This document shows positions 36,894-46,800 of a stretch of 64,000 nucleotides of DNA, in pieces. The first letter of the stretch is position 1, and the number at the start of each line of letters is the position of its first letter. Below the pieces are notes generated by a model. That model had not been told where the DNA came from, did no database searches, and was given only the letters and a program-made list of their open reading frames with translations. Where the stretch lies: positions 18,227 to 82,226 of the forward strand of contig CALQYS010000002.1 in assembly GCA_943348755.1 (NCBI GenBank). The letters run 5' to 3'. The position numbers and the translations under genes were made by a program. The DNA comes from Candidatus Nomurabacteria bacterium (GTDB lineage Bacteria > Patescibacteriota > Minisyncoccia > Phycocordibacterales > UBA9973).

Positions 36894-38395
36894 ATAAAAA
36901 AATAATACAAAATATAAAATCGATAATTCTAGCCCTAGCCATTGTACTTGGGGCAGGGTATGTGTCCGCAGCATGGACAGTACCCCCAGCGACTCCGCCA
37001 AATGGCAATGTTCCTGCTCCGATAAATGTGGGAGGTAAGGATGGCACTGACTCTACTAAGTGGTACAGTCAATTTAAAACAGGTCTCATCACTCTTGATC
37101 ATTTAATCACTGGAGATCTTACAGTAACCAATTCTGACGGCACTGTTTCTGGTATTACTTCTGGATCTACTCTAGTAGCTGATGGGAATAATACTGGGAA
37201 GGTGAAGTGGCAGGCACCAGCGTGTTCTTCCGTAGTTGACACCACTAGTAGCCTTTCTCTTAGTGGCAACTCTGGGAATAACGCAGGTATCGTTACAAAT
37301 ATTGCTACTTTGACCGCAGGTGATTATCAGATCACTGGTTCCGGAGCTACGGCTAATTCAGGTGGTGGTGGTTGGGCTGGAGTTGTTATTACTAGCTCTG
37401 CAACTTTGACTTATGCTCAAGAGGATGCCATTTTGACAGGATTATATGGAACCACAGCGACTGGGGGAAATGACCCTTCATATAAATCATATTATAATGA
37501 CAGTGATCCTGGGACTATATTTATTAGAAAAAGGGGTGGATATAATGATGGAGCATTCTCAATTCCATCTACATCAATAACAGTCACTGGAACAAAATAT
37601 CTATACACTTTACTTGGTCAAACCAGCATGTCTGGATCTCTAAATGTAAACAAGATGAAGCAATCTTGTGGGACTACGACAGCTACAACAGGTCCCGCTA
37701 TTATTGGCCCCCTTACTGACCCAGCTGGAACGACTTCTCAACATCAAGTTTCTTTTAATCTTAATTCATCTAGCGACGTGCTCGTCATCGCTTATGTTGC
37801 AGCTTCGGCTGATCTGGGAATAGGTTACGTCAAACTCCTTACTGATAACGTTGTAAGGTACACCTCATATTATGGTGAAGAATGCGGTAAAGGTTGTAGT
37901 GGTGGGGTTGCATCAGTAGTACTTTCGACTAAACAAACTCTCAGTGCAGGTACACATACGCTAAAAGTGCAGACTCCTGGTAGTCGCCCATCCATATATA
38001 CTGATGATACAGGCGGCGGCGGGGTACAATTTTATGTATATGTGCTGACTCCGGGCTCTGGTTTTTCTGGCGGCGGCGGTTCTTCAGGGGTTTCTAGTAT
38101 TGTTGCAGGTTCTGGTGTAACTGTTTCTCCAGTAAGTGGTACAGGTAGTGTGACTGTAAGTGCTACAGGCAGTACGGCAGTTATTCCCTCTGGGACTTGG
38201 TGTGGTGTATATGGTGAATCTGGATCTGGTTCAAATCATTCTCTTAGTGTAATTAATTCTTGTGGTGGGTATGTTCCTCCTAGTTTTACCCAAAGCCATT
38301 GTCCAACTGGGTATACAAAATTCACTATTTCAAGTTCTGGGGCTAACACTATGGCGAATCCTTATCAAGGTACTTATTCTTGTGTAAAGGATTAA
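36890..38395 (+). CDS. Secreted Gly/Thr/Ser-rich surface protein (paralog A)
   Basis: Signal peptide. Conserved approx. 90-aa N-terminal module (AAWTVPPATPPNGNVPAPINVGGKDGTD..KWYSQFKTGLITLDHLITGDLTVTNSDGTVSGI) shared with the next gene. Cys-containing C-terminus. Confidence 0.6.
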   Translation: MNKKIIQNIKSIILALAIVLGAGYVSAAWTVPPATPPNGNVPAPINVGGKDGTDSTKWYSQFKTGLITLDHLITGDLTVTNSDGTVSGITSGSTLVADGNNTGKVKWQAPACSSVVDTTSSLSLSGNSGNNAGIVTNIATLTAGDYQITGSGATANSGGGGWAGVVITSSATLTYAQEDAILTGLYGTTATGGNDPSYKSYYNDSDPGTIFIRKRGGYNDGAFSIPSTSITVTGTKYLYTLLGQTSMSGSLNVNKMKQSCGTTTATTGPAIIGPLTDPAGTTSQHQVSFNLNSSSDVLVIAYVAASADLGIGYVKLLTDNVVRYTSYYGEECGKGCSGGVASVVLSTKQTLSAGTHTLKVQTPGSRPSIYTDDTGGGGVQFYVYVLTPGSGFSGGGGSSGVSSIVAGSGVTVSPVSGTGSVTVSATGSTAVIPSGTWCGVYGESGSGSNHSLSVINSCGGYVPPSFTQSHCPTGYTKFTISSSGANTMANPYQGTYSCVKD

Positions 38396-38413
38396 TGTGT
38401 TGTTTTTAATAAC

Positions 38414-39022
38414 ATGACCCAAAAAACAATCCAAAACTTAAAATCATCCATTCTTACCTTCGCTCTTGTGCTTGGGGTAAGTTATGCATCTGCAGCATGG
38501 ACAGTACCTCCAGCGACTCCACCAAATGGCAATGTTTCTGCACCGATAAATGTGGGGGGTAAAGATGGCACTGACCCTACTAAATGGTACAGTCAATTTA
38601 AAACAGGTCTTATCACTCTTGATCATCTAATCACTGGAGATCTTACAGTGACCAATTCTGACGGCACTGTTTCTGGTATCATTGCTGGATCAGGTGTAAC
38701 TATTTCTCCTGCTGGCGGTACGGGTGCTGTGACTGTGAATGCGACAGGTGGTACTTCCATTTCAACTATTAGAAGTTCTATCGAATATGTATCATGTACC
38801 GGAAGTGCAAATACCGGCGTGAATCCGACTTGTACAGCTACCTGTCCGACTGGCAAAAAAGTAATTGCTGGAAGTTGTTTCAGTATTAATGGTGGTAATA
38901 GTGCAAATGTAATACTCAAAGACGAACCAGATGCAAGTGGTAGTGGATGGGTCTGTACTGGTAGAGCTACAGTAGCAAGCAATAATTCTGCATCAGTATC
39001 TCTATCAGCATCATGTTTGTAG
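38414..39022 (+). CDS. Secreted surface protein (paralog B; shorter)
   Basis: N-terminal 90 aa nearly identical to paralog A (DNA roughly 93% identical over about 200 bp). Different, shorter Cys-containing C-terminal region. Confidence 0.6.
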   Translation: MTQKTIQNLKSSILTFALVLGVSYASAAWTVPPATPPNGNVSAPINVGGKDGTDPTKWYSQFKTGLITLDHLITGDLTVTNSDGTVSGIIAGSGVTISPAGGTGAVTVNATGGTSISTIRSSIEYVSCTGSANTGVNPTCTATCPTGKKVIAGSCFSINGGNSANVILKDEPDASGSGWVCTGRATVASNNSASVSLSASCL

Positions 39023-39031
39023 TCTAAAATC

Positions 39032-42000
39032 ATGAAAATTTCTTTTTTAAAAATAATATTTGCACTAACCTTCTTTATTTCACCATTCATAGCCTTTGCA
39101 GGAACCGGAGACAATATGTCTGGTTACGCTTGGTCTTCCAATATTGGCTGGGTTAGCATGAACTGTACAAATGACAATTCATGCGCGACTGCGAATTACG
39201 GCGTGAATAGAAATGATGATGGCACACTCACGGGTTATGCTTGGTCTTCAAACATTGGCTGGATCAAATTCGGAGGGCTTTCTGGTTTTCCAGCTGGTGG
39301 AGGGACTCCGGCAAATGCTAATGTCACTAATAATATAAAAGGTTGGGTGAGAGTCTGTGGTGGTATGAATAACTTAGCAACTACTCCAGAAAGACCAAAT
39401 CAGAGTCCATCTAATGATAGTTGTACTGGTAGTTCCCGCACCGATGGCTGGGATGGTTGGATTTCTTTATCTGGTACTAATCCTAATTATGGTGTTAGTG
39501 CAGCAGACGGATCACATTTTAGTGGATATGCTTGGGGTTCTGATGTTGTCGGCTGGATTGATTTCACTGGTGTTGTTGGTCCTGTCATGACCGGTACCCT
39601 TACCCCTACATCTCAAAGTTGTATCATTGCCCGAGGTGCAAGCAGTTGTAATGTCGATTTGTCTTGGGACACAGTGTATTCTGAAGTCACGCCTTCGAAC
39701 ATAACTACGTCTTCTCCTGTTGCGGGCACTGTTGTGGCAACTGGAAATTCTGGTGATCCTAGTTCGATTGGCTATCACTCTTTTTCTGTTCCGGGCGGTA
39801 CAAATGGTGGTAGCTTAACTTTTTCTCTTAAAAATAATGGCAAATTACTTGGTTCAAGTATTGCCACTTCTAGTTGTCTCGGGGGCACAGTTTGGGATGG
39901 TTCTAAGTGTGTTTCGCCGTCTTGTCCACCGGGAGCTGTAGCGCTTGCTTCCGGTGTAATTGATGTCGATGGCACGGTTACGGCGGCAGCCCCTGCTGGT
40001 TTTTCAGGCGGAATCTTTTCATCTAGTAATACTAATAATGCTACGGTTTCTGGTTCTGTGGTTACTGGCAAGGTGGCTAGTACAGTCACTATCTCTGGTT
40101 CTGGTTGGAATAATAGCAATGGCGCGACGTCTTGTAATCTTTCGGGAGATACACTCACTGTGACCAATGCTCCCGTGAATGGTCAGTGTGATAATAGATC
40201 AAATGGGCAAACTCTTGCTTCAAAACCTGTGTCCAATTTATGTTTATCGGGTGACGATACTCCCACCCCTGTGGCAGGATCTGGTCCTTGGACATGGAGT
40301 TGTAATGGTCTAAATGGCGGTACTAATGCAAGTTGTAGTGCACAGAAAGCTATCATCACTCACGCTGTTACTGCTACTCACGGTACAGGCGGAACTATTT
40401 CTCCGAGTTCAAGAATTGTGAACGACGGTCTGACCACCACGTTTACTATTACTCCGACTCCAAATTCTGATTATGTAATATCTTCAGTCGCAGGTTGTGG
40501 TGGGACACTAAATGGTAATACTTACACCACTGGTCCTATAACGAATGATTGTACTGTGTCAGCTAGTTTTGAGTTGTCTTGTCCACTAGGTAAAGACCTT
40601 GTGTCTGGTGCTTGTCAAAGTAGACATACTATCACAGCCACTCAAGCACCGAATGGAACAATCACACCAGCCGGGATCACAAGTGTCATATATGGTGCCG
40701 AACAGTCATACATCATTGATCCTGCACCTGGTTATGTTGTGTCTTCATTGATTGTGGATGGTGTAACGATATCCGGTGCTAATTCTAAACTATTTTCTAA
40801 CGTCACAACCAATCATACTATTAGTGCAACATTCACTGCTACTGCTTGTGCTAACGAAGCAACCAACCCTCCAACATGTACTATTTGTACCACTGGTTCT
40901 GCGATAGTTGGCGGAATGTGCACACCAGTGACTGTGTCTGTTAGCTCTACTACTCCATACAATACAACCCCAAATACAAATGTTTCTTTTGCCTATACCC
41001 CAACTACAAATTCAGGAATCACTGAATGCCGTTTACTCGATAGCTCAAAACAACCATTAAGTATCTATCAAGCCAACAGTCCAATAGTCCATAGTTCACA
41101 AAATACTGAGGACTCAGTAAATTATTATATTGAATGTCGAAATACTACGACGACATCAGCGACCGCCACCTCCAATCCAATTATGGTGAACACATCTTGT
41201 TCCTCAGGACGAACTTGGAACGGGACTAGTTGTGTTGCTATGTCCGGTAGTCTGACTTCTGCATCTCCAAGTTGTGTAATTCCTATTGGAGCAAGTAGCT
41301 GTAACGTGAATTTAGCTTGGAGTATAAATAATCCTGAAGCCACCCCAACTGCTATTACAGGTACAGGAGGATTTACCACCAATGTAAGTAATACTAAGAC
41401 CACACCTCAATCAGGTAATATATCTGTACCTGTTCCATATTCTAGCCGAACATTTTACTTGTATAATAATGCTCACGAGCTTAGCATTCCTGGAGGAGTT
41501 GCTACCACTTCCAATTGTGACGCATCGGGTGCTGCTTGGGATGAGGCGCAGTTGAAATGTGTTGCTACTAATTTAAATATGGATCTAAAAGTAAACGGGG
41601 CTGATCATAGTACTTCTGCTACTGCGCTAGTCATAAAGCCGAGAGACACCATAAATTTTACCTGGACAAGTGCTGGTAACATCGGTTATCAATGTTTTTC
41701 AACTATTCTTAGTTCGGATGGTATTGAAAAAAGTATACCACTTAACATGGCTCCTCCTGGCGTTGCCATAACTGCTCCTTCGGTAGCTGGTCAATACACT
41801 TATTCAGCTAGATGTACACAAAATACTCCTTCCGCCATGAATAGTGTCGATAGATTTCTCTCATTCTTTACTAAGTCTGCATTGGCTCAGACAGTGTTAA
41901 ATGCTTTTGATACTGTTTACGTAAAAGTTGTGGCTCCTATTAATGGGGCTTGTGGAGAGTTACGTAATTCTTGTGCTCAAGGGAATCCTGCCAATATTGT

Positions 42001-42703
42001 AGATGGTCCTACCAGTTATACATGGTCATGTAATAGTCCAGATACCGGAACCAATGCGTCCTGTTTCGAAAATAAACCTGTGCCGATCAATGGCGGATGG
42101 AGTGATTGGGGTGCCTGTAGCGATACTTGCGGAAGTGGTACACAAACTCGTCTTTGTAATAATCCTGCGCCGGCAAATGGTGGAACTCTGTGTGTAGGAG
42201 ACCCTATTCAGACTTGTCCTAACCTACCTGCTTGCAGTGGTGGTAGGGAAAATGGCCTATGCGGACCTATAGCCGCACCGAGCCACTGGAGTTGTGACGC
42301 AGGCACAAGTGCTCGTCCATTACCAGATACAAATAATAATTATATTTGGACTTGTAATGGTAAAAATGGGGGAAAAGATGCACTTTGTTCAGAGACAAAG
42401 TCAAATACTTGTGAAAATAATACTGCTACTAATTTTGGGCAAATTGGCAAATGTGAATATATAGTTATTGATTTACCACGCTGTACTGATAAAGATGCTT
42501 TGAATTTCGGTGCTTTAGCAGAATGTGATTTTCCTCCTGATAATATTTGCCACAAAACGGATGCCAATAATCAAGGCCTGCCTTTGCCTTGTACTTATGA
42601 TCCTGGAAAAGTCTGTAATAATCCATTTGCTAGGAACTGGACACCCCAAGGAACACCCGCTCCTTGTGTATTTCAGAAAAAGCCAATATTTATAGAGAAC
42701 TAA
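39032..42703 (+). CDS. Giant secreted Cys-rich surface protein with GYAWSSNIGW repeats and a thrombospondin type-1 repeat
   Basis: Signal peptide. Three N-terminal GYAWSSNIGW(V/I) motifs. Many Cys-bounded Thr/Ser/Gly-rich modules. WSDWGACSDTCGSGTQTRLCNNPAPANGGTLCVGDPIQTCPNLPAC at nt 42098-42235 matches the TSP1 consensus (WSxWxxCSxTCGxGxxxRxRxCNxPxPxxGGxxCxG). Confidence 0.7.
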   Translation: MKISFLKIIFALTFFISPFIAFAGTGDNMSGYAWSSNIGWVSMNCTNDNSCATANYGVNRNDDGTLTGYAWSSNIGWIKFGGLSGFPAGGGTPANANVTNNIKGWVRVCGGMNNLATTPERPNQSPSNDSCTGSSRTDGWDGWISLSGTNPNYGVSAADGSHFSGYAWGSDVVGWIDFTGVVGPVMTGTLTPTSQSCIIARGASSCNVDLSWDTVYSEVTPSNITTSSPVAGTVVATGNSGDPSSIGYHSFSVPGGTNGGSLTFSLKNNGKLLGSSIATSSCLGGTVWDGSKCVSPSCPPGAVALASGVIDVDGTVTAAAPAGFSGGIFSSSNTNNATVSGSVVTGKVASTVTISGSGWNNSNGATSCNLSGDTLTVTNAPVNGQCDNRSNGQTLASKPVSNLCLSGDDTPTPVAGSGPWTWSCNGLNGGTNASCSAQKAIITHAVTATHGTGGTISPSSRIVNDGLTTTFTITPTPNSDYVISSVAGCGGTLNGNTYTTGPITNDCTVSASFELSCPLGKDLVSGACQSRHTITATQAPNGTITPAGITSVIYGAEQSYIIDPAPGYVVSSLIVDGVTISGANSKLFSNVTTNHTISATFTATACANEATNPPTCTICTTGSAIVGGMCTPVTVSVSSTTPYNTTPNTNVSFAYTPTTNSGITECRLLDSSKQPLSIYQANSPIVHSSQNTEDSVNYYIECRNTTTTSATATSNPIMVNTSCSSGRTWNGTSCVAMSGSLTSASPSCVIPIGASSCNVNLAWSINNPEATPTAITGTGGFTTNVSNTKTTPQSGNISVPVPYSSRTFYLYNNAHELSIPGGVATTSNCDASGAAWDEAQLKCVATNLNMDLKVNGADHSTSATALVIKPRDTINFTWTSAGNIGYQCFSTILSSDGIEKSIPLNMAPPGVAITAPSVAGQYTYSARCTQNTPSAMNSVDRFLSFFTKSALAQTVLNAFDTVYVKVVAPINGACGELRNSCAQGNPANIVDGPTSYTWSCNSPDTGTNASCFENKPVPINGGWSDWGACSDTCGSGTQTRLCNNPAPANGGTLCVGDPIQTCPNLPACSGGRENGLCGPIAAPSHWSCDAGTSARPLPDTNNNYIWTCNGKNGGKDALCSETKSNTCENNTATNFGQIGKCEYIVIDLPRCTDKDALNFGALAECDFPPDNICHKTDANNQGLPLPCTYDPGKVCNNPFARNWTPQGTPAPCVFQKKPIFIEN

Positions 42704-42752
42704 TAATTACCAAAAAATCCCCACAGAGGGGATTTTTTGGTATACTATATAG

Positions 42753-44513
42753 ATGCAGATTGATGAAGATCAATTAAAGAAATTTATTCTGGAATCAGGG
42801 CTGATTTCTAAAACAGATTTTAACTCAGCAGTAAAGGCATCGGAAGCTAAAAAACAAAAATTTGGCAATTTTTTACTTTCCGAAGGCAAAATATCAGAAA
42901 CTGATCTAAAACGAATGGAGGCTTTTGTTCTGGTGATACCATTTATTTCTTTAGTTAAAGAGAAAATTGATCTTGCCGTGCTGTCTCTAATACCAGAGCC
43001 TATCGCGCGCAATGACAATATCGTTGCCTATAAGAAAAGCGAAAAAGGGCTTGAGGTGGCGATGCTTGATGTAGATGATTTACCTGTCATTGATTTTATC
43101 AAGAAACGTTCTGGGCTTAAAATCTTGCCCAGACTCACTGATACCGCTTCGATCAAGTCTGTACTAGTCCAATATCGAAAAAGCCTCAAGGCTGAGTTTT
43201 CCAATATAATTCAAAAAGAATCAAAGACATCTGACATAGGTTCATTTCAAAATAACGAACAATTAGTGGAGAAATCTGAATCAGAATTAAAGCAAATGGC
43301 AGAAGATTTGCCAGTGGTTAAGATAGTAGATTCCTTGATTGATCATGCGATTCTGCAAAATGCTTCTGATATTCATATCGAACCCGGGGAGAAGGATCTG
43401 ACAGTTCGCTATAGGATCGATGGTATTTTACACGATGCAATGACTCTGGATAAAAATGCTGGCGCAGGGATCACTGCGCGTATCAAGGTGTTATCAAATC
43501 TTAAACTGGACGAAAAAAGATTGCCACAAGACGGTAGGTTTAAAAAAGAGCAGGATGGAGAAAAGATTTCTTTTCGTGTTTCCACCTTGCCTACTTTTTT
43601 TGGAGAAAAAACGGTCATGAGAATTTTAAAAGAGAATACTCACGGATTCTCACTCGAAACACTTGGTTTTCATGGGGAAGGGCTTGAGAGGATACACGGG
43701 TCATTGTCGCAAAAGACCGGGATGATTTTAGCCACAGGTCCTACCGGAAGTGGTAAGACTACGACCCTCTACACCATGCTCGATATCTTAAACAAACCAG
43801 AAGTTAATATCTCTACCGTAGAAGATCCGATTGAATATCAGATGCCTAGGGTAAATCAAACACAAGTAAAGCCTGAAATAGGACTTTCTTTTGCAAATGG
43901 CCTGCGGTCACTTTTGCGTCAGGATCCAGATATAATAATGGTGGGAGAAATTCGAGATAAAGAAACAGCGGGTCTCGCAGTTAATGCCTCACTCACTGGT
44001 CACTTGGTTCTCTCAACTATCCATACTAATTCTGCCTCTGGTGCGATACCGAGACTTATTGATATGGGCGTAGAACCCTTTCTAATAACTGCAACGGTGA
44101 AAACAATCATCGCGCAAAGATTGGTGCGCAGACTCACCGCCACTAAAGAAAAATACTTCTTATCACCAGCCGAAATAAAAAATTTATCAAAAGTTGTTGA
44201 TTTAGATAGAGTAATTGGATTTTTAAAAACTGAAAATATTATTGGTGCCAATGATGCTTGGGACAAAATTCCTTTTTACAAACCGGTAAAAAGTAGTGAA
44301 TCAGAAGATGGTTATTCCAATCGTATTGGAATGCATGAAGTTTTAAAGGTTACTTCCACTATCAAGGATATGATTATCGCTGGGAAATCCCAAGATGACA
44401 TAGAAATACAAGCCAAAAAGGAGGGGATGATGACGATGTTAGAAGATGGGGTTTATCAGGCGGTTTTGGGTGTGACCACCCTAGAAGAAGTATTTCGTGT
44501 TGTTTCCGAATAA
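42753..44513 (+). CDS. pilB: Type IV pilus assembly ATPase (GspE/PilB family)
   Basis: N-terminal GSPII_E_N domain; Walker A GPTGSGKTTTLY; Asp box, Walker B and His box of secretion ATPases. Confidence 0.85.
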   Translation: MQIDEDQLKKFILESGLISKTDFNSAVKASEAKKQKFGNFLLSEGKISETDLKRMEAFVLVIPFISLVKEKIDLAVLSLIPEPIARNDNIVAYKKSEKGLEVAMLDVDDLPVIDFIKKRSGLKILPRLTDTASIKSVLVQYRKSLKAEFSNIIQKESKTSDIGSFQNNEQLVEKSESELKQMAEDLPVVKIVDSLIDHAILQNASDIHIEPGEKDLTVRYRIDGILHDAMTLDKNAGAGITARIKVLSNLKLDEKRLPQDGRFKKEQDGEKISFRVSTLPTFFGEKTVMRILKENTHGFSLETLGFHGEGLERIHGSLSQKTGMILATGPTGSGKTTTLYTMLDILNKPEVNISTVEDPIEYQMPRVNQTQVKPEIGLSFANGLRSLLRQDPDIIMVGEIRDKETAGLAVNASLTGHLVLSTIHTNSASGAIPRLIDMGVEPFLITATVKTIIAQRLVRRLTATKEKYFLSPAEIKNLSKVVDLDRVIGFLKTENIIGANDAWDKIPFYKPVKSSESEDGYSNRIGMHEVLKVTSTIKDMIIAGKSQDDIEIQAKKEGMMTMLEDGVYQAVLGVTTLEEVFRVVSE

Positions 44514-44523
44514 TTATTACTGG

Positions 44524-44610
44524 TTGCGTCTCTCTTATTTTGAGCTTCCCGAGGGTCCCACCCCTGTACTCAGGGGAAGGGCGCAGGGACGAAAAATAAG
44601 AGAGACGCAA
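44524..44610. repeat. Structured inverted-repeat element in the pilB-pilC spacer
   Basis: Perfect 18-bp inverted repeat ttgcgtctctcttatttt / aaaataagagagacgcaa flanks a GC-rich 51-nt core with an internal cccctg-tact-cagggg hairpin. The core reverse complement shares ctgcgccct and caggggaccc with the element at 61524-61591. Confidence 0.6.
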
Positions 44611-44619
44611 GAAGGAATC

Positions 44620-45837
44620 ATGCTTTTTTCTTACAAAGCAAAATCAAAAGAGGGTTTAATCACAGAGGGCGTACTTTACGGCTCGGATCGTTTTTATATT
44701 GCCCATGAATTACGAAGCCATGGAAGCACTCCTCTATCGATAAAAGAAAAAAACACCCGTTTTCTCGATAAACTAACGGGGTTAACAGCTGTATTTTCAA
44801 AAGTTAGTGTAAATGAGCAGATTTTATTCACCAAGAATCTAGGTGGTATGTTAAAAGCTGGACTTTCACTTTCTCGAGCTTTATCAGTTTTGAAAAAACA
44901 GACAAAAAATACGACTATGAATAAGGTTTTAACGTCTTTAATCGATGACATAAATTCTGGGGGGACGCTTTCTTCTGGACTTCAAAAGTTCCCTGAATTT
45001 TTCTCAAGACTTTTTGTCTCAATGACAAAAGCTGGCGAGGAATCAGGTAATCTGTCCGATGCGCTTTCGGATATTGGGCTAAACTTAGAAAAATCTCATG
45101 CTTTAACTAAAAAAATACGTGGAGCCCTTATTTATCCGGGGGTCATTTTATCTGCGATGATCGTGATTGGAGTTTTGATGTTTGCATTCGTTGTACCGAC
45201 ACTAGCAAGCACTTTTAAGGAGCTAGGTGTTGTTTTACCCACTTCTACTCGAGTTCTTATTTTTTTTGGTAATTTCTTTTCTCATAATTTAATACTGACT
45301 TTTGTAATTATAATTGGAGTTGTTGTTGGTCTATACATGCTTTTGCGTGCCAATTTCATGTCCAAATACATTGATTATACTATTCTACAGATTCCAGTTA
45401 TTGGAAATTTAGCAAAAGAATTAAACACCGCTCGCACCGCTCGTACTATTTCCTCACTTTTACTTGCAGGAGTTTCGATAATTCGCGCAGTAGAAATTAC
45501 AGAAGATATTGTCCAAAATGTTTACTATAAAAAAGTTTTAAATGACGCAAAGATCGCTGTGGAAAAAGGGATTTCATTTTCAAAAGTTTTCGAAGATAAT
45601 GACAAACTTTATCCGATAATGATGTCGGAAATGGTACAAGTCGGAGAAGAAACTGGCAAATTATCAGATATGTTACTAGAAATCGCTTTGTTTTATGAAA
45701 CAGAAATTGAAAATAAAACCAAGAATCTCTCTACAATTATTGAACCAGTACTTATGATCATTATTGGTTCCGGAGTCGGATTTTTTGCAATTTCAATGAT
45801 ATCACCACTTTACTCTATTTTAGGAGAAATAAAATAA
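44620..45837 (+). CDS. pilC: Type IV pilus inner-membrane platform protein (GspF/PilC family)
   Basis: Two T2SSF domains, 3 TM segments. Start at ATG 44620 preceded by aaggaa. The upstream ORF-track extension runs through the inverted-repeat element. Confidence 0.8.
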   Translation: MLFSYKAKSKEGLITEGVLYGSDRFYIAHELRSHGSTPLSIKEKNTRFLDKLTGLTAVFSKVSVNEQILFTKNLGGMLKAGLSLSRALSVLKKQTKNTTMNKVLTSLIDDINSGGTLSSGLQKFPEFFSRLFVSMTKAGEESGNLSDALSDIGLNLEKSHALTKKIRGALIYPGVILSAMIVIGVLMFAFVVPTLASTFKELGVVLPTSTRVLIFFGNFFSHNLILTFVIIIGVVVGLYMLLRANFMSKYIDYTILQIPVIGNLAKELNTARTARTISSLLLAGVSIIRAVEITEDIVQNVYYKKVLNDAKIAVEKGISFSKVFEDNDKLYPIMMSEMVQVGEETGKLSDMLLEIALFYETEIENKTKNLSTIIEPVLMIIIGSGVGFFAISMISPLYSILGEIK

Positions 45838-45841
45838 TTTT

Positions 45842-46309
45842 ATGAAAAATTTTTACCAAAAGGGAGTTACGCTTATAGAGCTATTAGTCGTATTAGTCGT
45901 ATTAGGCACTATAATTTCAGTTGTTTTACCAAGATTTTCTAAAATTAGGGAAAATACGGTATTAAAAAATGCTGTCAGTGGTGTTCTTTCTTCTATCGAC
46001 AAAGCTAAGAGCGAGACGCTTTCATCTTTAAATTCATCTGAATACGGAGTGCACTTTCAATCTGATAAAGTTTTAATTTTTAAAGGCAAGATCTTTTCTG
46101 CTGGTGGAGTGGACAATGAATCTATCGTCATTACTACACCCGCCAGCATTTCTAATGTTACATTAGGCGGAGTAAGTAGTACTTCCGGAGATATGTACTT
46201 TAATCGTCTCTATGGAGTTCCCAGCACTACAGGTACGATAACAATTTCTACTCCCTCTTCTTCAAAAATTATCACTATATATGGGACCGGAGCTGTCAGT
46301 TCAAATTAA
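45842..46309 (+). CDS. Type IV pilin/pseudopilin (GspH/FimT-like)
   Basis: Class-III signal peptide: QKG|VTLIELLVVLVVLGTIIS (G-x-T-L-I-E prepilin cleavage/methylation motif). Confidence 0.7.
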   Translation: MKNFYQKGVTLIELLVVLVVLGTIISVVLPRFSKIRENTVLKNAVSGVLSSIDKAKSETLSSLNSSEYGVHFQSDKVLIFKGKIFSAGGVDNESIVITTPASISNVTLGGVSSTSGDMYFNRLYGVPSTTGTITISTPSSSKIITIYGTGAVSSN

Positions 46310-46313
46310 ATTG

Positions 46314-46793
46314 ATGAAAAAAGTTTCAAAAAATTCTGGATTTATGATGGTAGAGACATTGGTGGCGGCATCCATCATTGCTGTCTCGGTCCTAGTATCG
46401 ATGACGGTCGCCCAAAAGTCTGTGTACATTTCCCGTCAGGCTCTTCATACTGCGCAGGCGGCTTTCTTGCTGGAAGAGGGGGCCGAGATGGTGCGTATCT
46501 TGCGTGATAATTCTTGGAATAATATTTCTAATCTTACTGCTGGTACAACTTATTATCCGACTTTTTCCGGGAGCGCTTGGACATTATCTACCACCGGGAG
46601 TACTGTCGGCATTTTTACTAGGAGTTTAACTATATCGAGCGTTAATCGTGATGATACCACTAAAGATATTGTTAATTCTTCGGGTACACCTGATAGTGGC
46701 ACAAAATTGTTTACGGTGACCGTGTCTTGGGGAGAGGGTGGTACGACCATCACCAAAACTTTAAAATTTTATATTGCCAATATTTTTTCATAA
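46314..46793 (+). CDS. Minor pilin-like protein
   Basis: N-terminus MKKVSKNSG|FMMVETLVAASIIAVSVLV (G-F-x-x-x-E prepilin motif). Start at the internal ATG. Confidence 0.55.
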   Translation: MKKVSKNSGFMMVETLVAASIIAVSVLVSMTVAQKSVYISRQALHTAQAAFLLEEGAEMVRILRDNSWNNISNLTAGTTYYPTFSGSAWTLSTTGSTVGIFTRSLTISSVNRDDTTKDIVNSSGTPDSGTKLFTVTVSWGEGGTTITKTLKFYIANIFS

Positions 46794-46800
46794 ATCAACC

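Noticed and set aside
36632-37047. Minus-strand ORFs opposite the small TM ORF and the start of the secreted paralog
   Set aside because: The plus-strand genes are translationally coupled (ATGA overlap) and have signal peptides. The minus-strand frames are AT-rich noise.
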